IMG/VR virus record: IMGVR_UViG_3300031088_000796
Location: 44 to 64,043 of that record
Source: a virus
Reading direction: 5' to 3' (one strand)
Length of the DNA stretch: 64,000 bases
The position numbers and the translations under genes were made by a program. The notes under the pieces were generated by a model. That model saw nothing but the letters and a program-made list of their open reading frames with translations, was not told the DNA's origin and made no database searches. This document shows, piece by piece, positions 19,313 through 27,887 of this stretch. Every line of letters begins with the position of its first letter. Position 1 is the stretch's first letter.

Positions 19313-19897
19313 ATGACCTTGTTCTATCGCCGCGAAGACTTTGAACGCGCTTGTCGACACGCGGGTATCAGTGACCTGGCCTTTAGCGCCGAAACAGGTG
19401 AGTACCAGAACCCCCACACACATAAGGCATACCTGGTGTGGGAATCGCTGGCGCAGACCAAGCAGGCCAGCGCCGGGCCAAAAGTGTGGCTGACGCGCCG
19501 CAGGGGTAAGGATCAAGGCATTGCGGTCACTCGACCCTATTCCACCACCACGCCTTCCGAGTGGGCGCGCATGGACGCCATGGGCTGGGAACAACCGTTG
19601 GCGCTCTGGCCAGCGATGCCGATTACCAGCGCCAGTGAAAACGCTGTCCTGGTCGAGCGTCAACGGCAGAAGTCGGTCAAGGGCTACTCCCCTGAACTCG
19701 ACCTGCGATATGGCAACGACGAGCTACTACGCGCGGCAGCGGCCTATGCACTGCAATGGTTGGCGCCGAGCCAGGCACGGGCGATCTGGCCGTGGCCGGA
19801 CTCCCCCATGAAAAGCGTGTCACGCCTGAGGGCGATCGAGAAGGCTGGTGCGCTGCTGATCGCCGATCACGAGCGCGTGATGGCGGTGGACGCATGA
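19313..19897 (+). CDS. conserved phage hypothetical protein
   Basis: C-terminal ERQRQ...EL..AAAAYA...WPW...KAGALLIAD.ER domain. Confidence 0.65.
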   Translation: MTLFYRREDFERACRHAGISDLAFSAETGEYQNPHTHKAYLVWESLAQTKQASAGPKVWLTRRRGKDQGIAVTRPYSTTTPSEWARMDAMGWEQPLALWPAMPITSASENAVLVERQRQKSVKGYSPELDLRYGNDELLRAAAAYALQWLAPSQARAIWPWPDSPMKSVSRLRAIEKAGALLIADHERVMAVDA

Positions 19898-20559
19898 AAA
19901 CCAAAGCACCCGTTGTAATCGACTTGGCCCAACTACAGGCGCGCCTCCACACAAAGCGGGCAGATCCAGTTTTTCACGATGATCCGCGCTACGCAGAGTT
20001 TCGCGAGCGTTACGGCGCCGATCTTTGCGCATTCGCTGAAGAGGTGTTTGGCGTAGAGCTGGATCCTGAAACGCGCAAGGCCTACCTCAATGCAAGTAAG
20101 CCTGGTACCCGCATGGTGCTGTCCGATGTTCTCGACATGCGTGAGGCCCGGTTCCCACCGGTTGCGCTGTGGGCAATGCTCTTTCATCCGTGCAATGAAG
20201 TGGTGGTTATTGCGCCGAGGAATGAACTGCACCGATGCCACTGGCGCGCCTACATGAAGGTTGCGAAAGGCGCCCATGGCTGGCTTGGGAAGCACCTGCG
20301 CATTACACAGTCGGGTATTCGAACAGAGGCTGGTTACCTGGGGCCGAGAATTTCGTTCAGGACCGCGACCAACCATTCACCGGAAAACCTGGCGGGCATG
20401 TCCGGTCATCAAATGTTGTTTCTGGTCGAGGGTGCAGCGCGGATCGGCGACCAATGCATTCAGGTACTTCACGCCAGCCTTCGAGAGCCAATGGTTTCCG
20501 AGGTGCTGGCGCTTTCGTGCTTCACAGTCGTGCAAACCAGCCCGCAGGTCGCGCACTAA
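19894..20559 (+). CDS. Degenerate paralogue of the terminase ATPase domain
   Basis: Collinear with the TerL N-terminus (DPRY..F.ERY..DL..FA.E; IAP; KG.H.W; RTA...SPENLAG..G) but Walker A and B are replaced. Confidence 0.75.
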   Translation: MKTKAPVVIDLAQLQARLHTKRADPVFHDDPRYAEFRERYGADLCAFAEEVFGVELDPETRKAYLNASKPGTRMVLSDVLDMREARFPPVALWAMLFHPCNEVVVIAPRNELHRCHWRAYMKVAKGAHGWLGKHLRITQSGIRTEAGYLGPRISFRTATNHSPENLAGMSGHQMLFLVEGAARIGDQCIQVLHASLREPMVSEVLALSCFTVVQTSPQVAH

Positions 20560-20614
20560 CGCACTTTAGAGTTATGGGGCCGGTCCACCGGCCCTTTTTG
20601 TGTTTAGGGAACCC

Positions 20615-22165
20615 ATGGCCAAGCCAAAGCCCAAAAGTCTGCGCCTAGAATCAGACCCGAGGTGGCCAGCTTTCATCGAACGTTACGCCTTCGACCTGTA
20701 CAAGTTCGCCGTCGAAGCGTGCCTGATGGATGTCACCCCGCAGCAGAAAGAACTCTTCGACGAGACGTCCGTTTTTGGCTGTCGCGTCTCGGTGTCGTCT
20801 GGCCACGGTACCGGCAAGACTCGCGGCTTTGGTGTGACCTGCCTGTGGCACCTGCTCAGTTACCTGCACTCAAACACCTATGTGACGGCGCCCAAGCTCA
20901 AGACCGTACGGGAGGGCGTGTGGAAAGAGATCACCACGATTCTGGCGCAAATCCGTAAGGGGCCCCACGCTTGGATCGCTGACTACGTAGTGATTCAGGC
21001 CGAGAAGGTCTATGTAGTCGGTCACAGCGCCACCTGGTACGTCACCACACGCACCGCCCCGCGCGGCTCACCTGAAAATCTGGCCGGTACCCACGGCGAG
21101 TACCTGTTGTGGCTGGCGGACGAAGCGTCAGGCATTCCAGACGAAAACTTTGGCGTGATCGGTGGCGCCCTTACAGATGACCGCAACCGCTTCGTCATGG
21201 CCAGCCAGCCAACCCGATCCAGCGGCTTCTTTTGGGATACGCATCACGGGCAGTCGATCAAACGGGGCGGGCCTTGGGTACCGCTGGTATTCAACTCGGA
21301 AGAGAGCCCAATTGTCTCCCTCAAGTTCATCAGGGAGAAGCGCCAGCAGTACGGCGGTGTCGGCGAAGCGGAGTATCAAATCAAGGTGAAGGGGATGTTC
21401 CCTACCAACTTGAGCAAATACCTGCTGAACACGACGCTGCTTGAGCGCGCTATTGCGGCTCAAAGTCCAATCCTGCCAGGTGAAGAGTGGGGCCACCTCA
21501 TCGTTGTCGACGTCGCCGCTGGCGTTGGGCGTGACAAGACTGTGGCCACGCACATGCGCGTAAGCGGTAAAGGCGATCGGATGCTCAACGAGCGGCGCCG
21601 GAAAGTTGAAGTGGTCGACATCCCGATCTATAGCTCCACCGAGGACTGGACGCCGCTGGCGGTCAAGTTGCGCGACTACGCCATGCGCTTGCCCAACGTC
21701 ACCATAGTGATCGACGTAAGCGCCATGGGCGTGCAGTTCATGAAGCGTCTCCAGGAGCTGCAAGAGGGCAGCATGATCATCCAGGGCGTGCAGTGGGGCG
21801 CTCGTCCGCACTCAAACGAATACCGCAAGCGATTCCTTAACCAGAGGGCGCAATGCACCGTGCACGCCACAGAGGCGATCAAAGACGGCGTGGTCAAGCT
21901 GGCGAAGAAGCATCAGCGCGACCTGATCGACCAAGGCTCACGCCTGCCGTACTCCTTCGACGATCAGGGGCGCTACAAGATCGCCACCAAGGAAAGCATG
22001 GAAGCCGACGGGCTTTCATCCCCGGACCTTTTTGACACCATCTGCATGGCGTTTCTTGAGGACGTCAATTACATCGCGTGCAGCGAGCAGAGCGCGATGG
22101 TGAAGACATCTCGCGCTGAAGCGACCCTGAAAAAAGCCATGTCCAGATTTGATAACGTCGCATAA
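20615..22165 (+). CDS. terL: Terminase large subunit (PacB-like)
   Basis: Walker A SGHGTGKT, Walker B LWLADEA, coupling motif SQP, nuclease VDVAAG / IDVSAMG / SPDLFD. Confidence 0.92.
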   Translation: MAKPKPKSLRLESDPRWPAFIERYAFDLYKFAVEACLMDVTPQQKELFDETSVFGCRVSVSSGHGTGKTRGFGVTCLWHLLSYLHSNTYVTAPKLKTVREGVWKEITTILAQIRKGPHAWIADYVVIQAEKVYVVGHSATWYVTTRTAPRGSPENLAGTHGEYLLWLADEASGIPDENFGVIGGALTDDRNRFVMASQPTRSSGFFWDTHHGQSIKRGGPWVPLVFNSEESPIVSLKFIREKRQQYGGVGEAEYQIKVKGMFPTNLSKYLLNTTLLERAIAAQSPILPGEEWGHLIVVDVAAGVGRDKTVATHMRVSGKGDRMLNERRRKVEVVDIPIYSSTEDWTPLAVKLRDYAMRLPNVTIVIDVSAMGVQFMKRLQELQEGSMIIQGVQWGARPHSNEYRKRFLNQRAQCTVHATEAIKDGVVKLAKKHQRDLIDQGSRLPYSFDDQGRYKIATKESMEADGLSSPDLFDTICMAFLEDVNYIACSEQSAMVKTSRAEATLKKAMSRFDNVA

Positions 22166-22289
22166 ATATAGTTTTTTATGTATTAATCTGTATATTCGGA
22201 CATGGCCGAACAATTAAACCCCGCAATTCTGGCCATAACCATCGGTTAAGCGCAAATAGAATGTACGGGGATCGTTTGAGGGGCTTGGT

Positions 22290-22655
22290 ATGGAACTGCG
22301 TCGTTACACAAAGAACTATCACGAGAAACCAGAGACGGTGAGCGCCTACGCGTTCGTTGCCTTTTGGGCGGATGACAAATACATCCATGGCCTGGACCGA
22401 GAGGGCGAGGTTTGGCTACTGAAGGGTGGTCACACGCTCAAAGAGATCGAGGCCAACACGGCGGGGCTTGCCCGGATTCACCGACGCGCCATCATTCGAC
22501 TGGACGCCATTGCCCACTTGGTAACGCGAACCCCGCCAGGTGGGAGTTTTAGCGCTTACTGCATGGTCGGCGGCGAAGAATTCAAGGTCTCCCGCAAGTG
22601 CAGGCCAACCATTCAGGCGCTACATGCCGCCCACGTTTCAAAGGGGGCCGCATGA
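22290..22655 (+). CDS. Stand-alone LytTR DNA-binding domain protein
   Basis: AFWADDKY...TLKEIE...RIHRRAII...FKVSRK; no receiver domain. Confidence 0.8.
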   Translation: MELRRYTKNYHEKPETVSAYAFVAFWADDKYIHGLDREGEVWLLKGGHTLKEIEANTAGLARIHRRAIIRLDAIAHLVTRTPPGGSFSAYCMVGGEEFKVSRKCRPTIQALHAAHVSKGAA

Positions 22656-23503
22656 CACACAGCCGACACGAAGAGAATTTGGCCTACCTGGCTAGGATGG
22701 GGCGCCTGAGCAAGACCAAGAAGGCCAACGAGCGCGATGGGTACACCAGCTTTTATGAGAAGAAAGGCCGCCCGGCTGGCGTTTCGTTGAAGCCAACCGA
22801 CGTTCCGTCGCTGGTGGCTACAGCCCTGTCCAGCGGTGGCCCGATCAAAACCGGTGAAGCCTTTGAGCACCTGTTATCGGTGGTGTGTGACAGTTCCCGG
22901 TTCTATGCCTACCACTTCATCATCGCGGCTTCACGCGGTACCGGTGGATGCCGAGCGATTCTATTGAGCGCCCGCACGCTGAATGGCCCCTGCCAGTCCC
23001 GCGCAGCAACCTTGGCCTACGCCACGAAACTGGTTGAGTATGCTGGTGCGTTGGGTTCGCCTCGGGTGATGATCGACGAGACGTCACATTGTTGCTTCCT
23101 GGCCCAGGCACTTAACCATGGCGTGCCCAACAACCTGGTATGGGCGGACGCGCGCGTGCAGTGGCCACCTACCGATGAGGCGTTAAGGACACAGTACCTG
23201 GACAACTATGCCTTGGGGTTTGACCGCTACCGACAGGCGCTGGCCACCAACTCGGTGAAGCTCCCCGAAATGGATTTGCTGGCAGACCAGGTAAAGGCCA
23301 TGGCACCACGGTTGGATGCAGAAGGGCGGATGACCCTCAACAGCCCTGGCGACAAGATGGAGCGTGAGCTGAACGCCCTATGCCTGCTGTACCTGGACGT
23401 GGCAAGCGCTCATCTGATGGTGCCAGGCTCGCGGGTTGAGCCTGGCCAGGCATTCGCGCGGCCTCCCGGAGACCGGTATTCAGCAAGACTTGACCATGTT
23501 TGA
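22652..23503 (+). CDS. Degenerate paralogue of the terminase nuclease domain
   Basis: KLVEYA..LG...VMIDE, VQWP, YLDNYA, VKLP...L.DQ...LDAEGR, NALCLLYLD are collinear with the TerL C-terminus. Confidence 0.6.
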   Translation: MTHSRHEENLAYLARMGRLSKTKKANERDGYTSFYEKKGRPAGVSLKPTDVPSLVATALSSGGPIKTGEAFEHLLSVVCDSSRFYAYHFIIAASRGTGGCRAILLSARTLNGPCQSRAATLAYATKLVEYAGALGSPRVMIDETSHCCFLAQALNHGVPNNLVWADARVQWPPTDEALRTQYLDNYALGFDRYRQALATNSVKLPEMDLLADQVKAMAPRLDAEGRMTLNSPGDKMERELNALCLLYLDVASAHLMVPGSRVEPGQAFARPPGDRYSARLDHV

Positions 23504-23557
23504 TAACAGTTATTAAGTCAGCTATTCTGAATGCACGGTTATCTGGAGATAAAAAAC

Positions 23558-23815
23558 ATGATTAGTGCCGATCTTGGCAAGTCGCTTGAAAACTATGTGA
23601 CGCAACTCACCGAGTCCGGTCGCTACGGCTCGAAAAGCGAAGTCCTGCGTGAAGGTGTACGGTTGGTCCAGGATCGTGAAACCCGCCTGGCGGCTTTGGA
23701 CGCCTCAATCGCTCGCGGCCTGGGCGATATCGAAGCGGGCCGCACCAAGCCTGCGGCAGAGGTCTTTGACCGACTGGCAGCAAGATACGAGGCGATGGTT
23801 GATAAGCCCGAATGA
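23558..23815 (+). CDS. parD: ParD-family antitoxin
   Basis: SGRYGSKSEVLREGVRL...LAALDASIARGL.D..AGR. Confidence 0.9.
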   Translation: MISADLGKSLENYVTQLTESGRYGSKSEVLREGVRLVQDRETRLAALDASIARGLGDIEAGRTKPAAEVFDRLAARYEAMVDKPE

Positions 23816-24102
23816 TCGTCCACATCACAGATGAAGCTGTAGGCGATCTTGAGCAAATCGGCGACTACATCGCCCAGGACAATCCACGCCGTGCGTTGTC
23901 GTTCGTCCTTGAGCTGCGTGACAAGTGCCTGAGCTTGGCCAGCACCTACCAATCCTTCCCCCTCATTGCCCGCTACGGCCTACGCCGCAGGATCCATGGC
24001 AATTATGCGATCTTCTACCAGGTGGAAGCTGATCGCGTTGTTGTCGTGCACGTCCTTCATGGTGCGATGGATCACGCGTCGATCTTTCTCGACTCTGAAT
24101 AA
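23812..24102 (+). CDS. parE: ParE/RelE-family toxin
   Basis: ITDEAVGDLEQIGDYIAQDNP.RA..F...YAIFY...VHVLHG; ATGA-coupled to the antitoxin. Confidence 0.9.
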   Translation: MIVHITDEAVGDLEQIGDYIAQDNPRRALSFVLELRDKCLSLASTYQSFPLIARYGLRRRIHGNYAIFYQVEADRVVVVHVLHGAMDHASIFLDSE

Positions 24103-24119
24103 GCCCCACTGCGCTGTCT

Positions 24120-24190
24120 AATGGCTCAAAAGGATGGTTCTTTTATAGGTGGCTCATTTAAGTTAGCCATTCTCTAAATGAGCCAACCCT
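24120..24190. promoter_or_regulatory. Candidate res site
   Basis: Inverted repeat TGGCTCATTTA (24150-24160) / TAAATGAGCCA (24175-24185), extra TGGCTCA at 24122, directly upstream of the resolvase. Confidence 0.6.
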
Positions 24191-24232
24191 GATATGGTTG
24201 GGTCTTTAGGGTATACCCAAAGGAGCCAGGCT

Positions 24233-24889
24233 ATGACCCCCACCAACGTTGCGCGGGTTTATCTGCGTGTCAGCACCGAAGGCCAGGACTTGCAGCGACA
24301 GGAAGCGATAATCGGCGACGCACGAAACTCGGGCTATTACGTGGCGGCGGTCTATCGTGAAAAAGCGTCAGGCGCACGCCCCGACCGTCCCGAACTGCTG
24401 CGCATGATCGAGGATCTACAACCGGGCGAAGTTGTCATTGCGGAAAAGATTGACCGCATCAGCCGTCTGCCGTTGGCGGAAGCGGAAAAGCTCGTTGAGA
24501 CAATTCGGGCCAAAGGCGCGCGTCTGGCTGTACCGGGTATCGTTGACCTGTCTGAGTTGGCAGAAGCGTCGAGTGGGGTCGCCAAGGTGGTTATACAGAG
24601 CGTGCAGGAGATGCTGTTGCGCGTGGCCCTGCAAATGGCGCGCGATGATTTTGAGGATCGCCGTGAGCGGCAGCGTCAGGGCATCGACCTGGCCAAGGGC
24701 GCAGGGCGCTACCTTGGACGTAAGCCAGACACAAAAATGCACGAGCGCGTTATTGCGCATAAGCGTAACGGTACCAGCATTGCGGAAACCGCAAGACTGG
24801 CCGACTGTAGCGTCAGCCAGGTTAAGCGCATCTGGGCCCAGTACACGGCCAACACAAGTTCCGCTCCGCAACTCCTCACACACCAATAG
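24233..24889 (+). CDS. Small serine recombinase (resolvase)
   Basis: YLRVST..QDLQRQ, EKASG, EKIDRISR, RRERQRQGI..AK..GRYLGRK, C-terminal HTH. Confidence 0.92.
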   Translation: MTPTNVARVYLRVSTEGQDLQRQEAIIGDARNSGYYVAAVYREKASGARPDRPELLRMIEDLQPGEVVIAEKIDRISRLPLAEAEKLVETIRAKGARLAVPGIVDLSELAEASSGVAKVVIQSVQEMLLRVALQMARDDFEDRRERQRQGIDLAKGAGRYLGRKPDTKMHERVIAHKRNGTSIAETARLADCSVSQVKRIWAQYTANTSSAPQLLTHQ

Positions 24890-24905
24890 GAAAGGAACCC
24901 CGGCT

Positions 24906-25148
24906 ATGCCGACCTATACCGACCAAGAAAAAACGCTGTACCTGAATCAAGCCCGGCGCAAGGTGCTGGCCATCGCCAAGGCGAATCGGAAGTACATCGA
25001 CCGCACCGAGGAACATGCCCGCGCCTATGCCGAGGCGCTGTATGACGTGGCCGCCATCACCGAAACAGAGCGCTTGACGCTGTTGGATGATGCCCGCGAG
25101 GCCGCCGAAGCCCGCGTGCGTGAATTCAGAGCCGCCGAACAGGCCTAA
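24906..25148 (+). CDS. small helical protein, array gene 1
   Basis: ATG after the repeat leader; HARAYAEALYDVAAITETE. Confidence 0.7.
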   Translation: MPTYTDQEKTLYLNQARRKVLAIAKANRKYIDRTEEHARAYAEALYDVAAITETERLTLLDDAREAAEARVREFRAAEQA

Positions 25149-25169
25149 CCGAAAGGAACCCCCGCCGTC

Positions 25170-25385
25170 ATGAGCAAATCCCCGATTCCTCGACCGGCGC
25201 CGCTGGCCGAACTTGAGCCTGGCGAGGACCTGGCCGCGTTGCGCCTGGATGCCGAGCGGTGGCGGTGGCTGCGTGAGCGGGCTGTGCGGATCCAGGGGAG
25301 CTACGTGTGGTATCAGGGTATCTATCTGGACCTGCGGGCCGATATCGGATTGGGCCATGTCCGGGAAGACAGCGAGCCACAATGA
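25170..25385 (+). CDS. small hypothetical protein, array gene 2
   Basis: ATG after the repeat leader; DAERWRWLRERA motif. Confidence 0.7.
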   Translation: MSKSPIPRPAPLAELEPGEDLAALRLDAERWRWLRERAVRIQGSYVWYQGIYLDLRADIGLGHVREDSEPQ

Positions 25386-25431
25386 AGCGCCGCGTTACCA
25401 TCACGTACTTGAACCGAAAGGAACCCCCGCC

Positions 25432-25659
25432 ATGCCGATTGATCCCCAGGCGGCGCCGCTGAATGCCGACCAAACCCGTGACCTGCAAGCGGCTGCCGTT
25501 GAGGCGCTGGCCGTGTTGCGCGACTTGCTGCGTGATCGAGCGACCGGCAATCACTACAGCCGTGTAAATGCCGCGTGCTGGAAGTTGTCGACCGCCCTGG
25601 AACAAGTGGTAGCCGATGACGTGCCGGGGAATGGCGCAAGTCCCGGCGCCGAAGGGTAG
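25432..25659 (+). CDS. small hypothetical protein, array gene 3
   Basis: ATG immediately after the repeat leader. Confidence 0.65.
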   Translation: MPIDPQAAPLNADQTRDLQAAAVEALAVLRDLLRDRATGNHYSRVNAACWKLSTALEQVVADDVPGNGASPGAEG

Positions 25660-25700
25660 GCCGCTGTATTACCAATAACGAACCGAAAGGAACCCCCGCC

Positions 25701-25943
25701 ATGAGTGTCCAAGTGAAAACCGCCAAGCTAGACCGATTCTCCCATGGTGTGCTGTATGCCGCCGCCCAGGTACAGCGTCTGCACGATGAGCCGCAAGTTG
25801 CAGCCGATCTGCTGAAAAACGCCGGGCTCGCCCAGGTCGATTGCAGCAGCTTGGACGAGTACGACAAAGAGTCATTGCGCGAAGTGAACAAGATCCGTGG
25901 AATGGGGCTGACCGGATTGGGCGAAGCTGCCGAGGGCGAGTGA
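25701..25943 (+). CDS. small hypothetical protein, array gene 4
   Basis: ATG immediately after the repeat leader. Confidence 0.7.
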   Translation: MSVQVKTAKLDRFSHGVLYAAAQVQRLHDEPQVAADLLKNAGLAQVDCSSLDEYDKESLREVNKIRGMGLTGLGEAAEGE

Positions 25944-26170
25944 GCCCGCCGCGCTACCAATAACGTGACCTAGGTTAAATCGGGGGGCACAGCCAGGCCG
26001 GCGGCGGTGCCCTTTTCTACCGCCTGGCGCCCCTTTGACTGGATTTATCGCAGTCTGCCCCATCCTCTTCAAAAATAGCTGGTGCGCTACGAAGACTCTC
26101 GGCCCACTATCAAATGGTAGTGGTTCGCGTTATCATTGATGCAAATATATGCACAAATGCATAAATTGCA

Positions 26171-26199
26171 TTGACGCCTAACCTGTACGTTTGTACAGT
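26171..26199 (+). promoter_or_regulatory. Sigma70 promoter with LexA (SOS) box
   Basis: -35 TTGACG (26171), 17-bp spacer, -10 TACAGT (26194); CTGT-ACGTTTGT-ACAG at 26183-26198 overlaps the -10. Confidence 0.75.
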
Positions 26200-26272
26200 G
26201 TTTGAGTGCCTACGACCTACGCACACCGATTGGACAAAAAATTTATGACTCTAAAGAAATGGAGAACGCATC

Positions 26273-27328
26273 ATGTTGAAAATTGGAGACACGTTTTACC
26301 TTACCGCACCAGTGGTAATTAATACGGATGAATACAAACCACAAACGTTCGGAGGTGGCGGCAGCGGCGACGGAAGTATAGGTAATAGCCGTCTAGGAGC
26401 ATTAATCAGTGCTGCGACGCGTGCGCATATTCTGAATACTTTCCCTGCCAAAATTGCTAAAGACGTTAAAGATCAAGAGAGCAATATTGTTACTAAACTG
26501 CAAACGCTGCCACAAACGTTAGATGATAGCATTGCTGCTCTTACCCAACAAAACCCGGCTCATAATACAGCCGATACTGCCAAACAGCTCGAAAATTATG
26601 TTACGGCCAATAATCTCCTTCTCACCCAAAAAACACAGGAGTACAGCCAACAAAAAACGATTGCAGATTCGTATTATTATGGACGGGACTTTTTTAGCTA
26701 TCCCACCAATCGATTCATCTCGCTTGCCATTAGCAATGGCATGGTTAATATGAGTCCTGATGTACACTATAAAAAATGGTTTACTTCGTTGCAGGCAGCG
26801 TATAACGCGAAATATATCCAATACCAAATCGACTATTTGACTAAAACTAAAGCGTGGTTGCAGGGGTTGACTCCAGAGATGTTAAGCGCTGAGGCGCTGC
26901 GCTTACAAGAAGCAGAGCGGCGTGCAGCGAATAAGCAGGTTCCGTCAATTCCAGCCGGCGTTTCTTTGGATGAAAACATGAGGATCTCTAAGGCTACGCG
27001 AGATTCAGCAAAGCTGGTTATAGGTGGTGAAAACGCATTTGTTTATGGTGTTTTTTACACCAAAGTTAGAAATGGCGGTGAATGGGATTATAAACAGCGA
27101 GGCCGCCAATTCGAAGAGTTTGGGAATTTCAACTACGGCGCCACTGGCACAGCAGCGGGAATTCCGGAGCAAATCCTGCTGCGTGCCGCAGGCGCGGCGC
27201 AAAGTCAAGCGGGCACGTCGGAAGCGGATTTTGGTAAGTGGTGGAAAGAAACTCCGTATGGGGATGACAGGGTAGATCAGGTCTGGATTAAAGCAGGCAT
27301 TGAACACGCTAAGACCAAAGGGTACTGA
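26273..27328 (+). CDS. Bacteriocin-like toxin with C-terminal Ntox44 (predicted RNase) domain
   Basis: Gly-rich N-terminus, helical middle, C-terminal KVRNGGEWDYKQ...FGNFNYGATG.AAG...LLRAAG.AQ...YGDD..DQ.WI..G; low GC. Confidence 0.8.
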   Translation: MLKIGDTFYLTAPVVINTDEYKPQTFGGGGSGDGSIGNSRLGALISAATRAHILNTFPAKIAKDVKDQESNIVTKLQTLPQTLDDSIAALTQQNPAHNTADTAKQLENYVTANNLLLTQKTQEYSQQKTIADSYYYGRDFFSYPTNRFISLAISNGMVNMSPDVHYKKWFTSLQAAYNAKYIQYQIDYLTKTKAWLQGLTPEMLSAEALRLQEAERRAANKQVPSIPAGVSLDENMRISKATRDSAKLVIGGENAFVYGVFYTKVRNGGEWDYKQRGRQFEEFGNFNYGATGTAAGIPEQILLRAAGAAQSQAGTSEADFGKWWKETPYGDDRVDQVWIKAGIEHAKTKGY

Positions 27329-27434
27329 GGTTTTTAAATCTGTTAAAAAACACGCGTTGACGCTACAGACAAGCCCTGTAAAATGGGCTTGTTATTATCA
27401 ATGCGCTCATTGAATACGCTCTAGGGGAATTTTT

Positions 27435-27845
27435 ATGAAACGATGGTTTCAAGGCTTATGCAACCTTGTTTTGGTTGGCTGCCTCGTTTACTTCGGTATA
27501 AGCTGGACAAGCTCACCATCCGCAGCTAATTTAGATGAAATTGTTTATAAACACCCCCTTGGTAATGGTAATTCGCTTTATGGAGCGCGCGACAATCGCG
27601 GGGGAGCGACGGTCGGGTTTTCCTATCGTTACTATATTTCCAAGCAGACTGATACTGATGAACAAGCGCTAGCTTTGTTAAATGAAAAGCCTCCATTTTT
27701 AATAACGAAAGATCCCGAGGTGTCCGCTAAAGTTGTAGATGGCGCACTCCATCTGTCCATTCGCGGAAGAGTTTATGATTTCAGTAATTACACGCTGAAT
27801 AGCATTAAGGATTCCGGTGATATTAAAGTCATTATAGGGCTATAA
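27435..27845 (+). CDS. membrane-anchored protein, candidate immunity/partner of the toxin
   Basis: N-terminal hydrophobic helix, GGATVGFSYRYY; low GC, directly downstream of the toxin. Confidence 0.6.
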   Translation: MKRWFQGLCNLVLVGCLVYFGISWTSSPSAANLDEIVYKHPLGNGNSLYGARDNRGGATVGFSYRYYISKQTDTDEQALALLNEKPPFLITKDPEVSAKVVDGALHLSIRGRVYDFSNYTLNSIKDSGDIKVIIGL

Positions 27846-27887
27846 AAATCACGGCGTGAATGCCTTGCCACATCGGGCGGCACCTAG

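Larger units (their letters stand above)
24890..25965 (+). repeat. Array of repeated intergenic leaders separating four small ORFs
   Basis: AACCGAAAGGAACCCCCGCC exact at 25147, 25412 and 25681, partial at 24890; GCCGC...TACCA(A/T)(T/C)ACG-type segment at about 25388, 25660 and 25948. Confidence 0.85.

Noticed and set aside
24233-24889. Resolvase as a Cin-like tail-fibre invertase
   Set aside because: It lies 14 kb from the fibre genes, has its own res-like site, and no inverted crossover sites or reversed fibre segment were seen.
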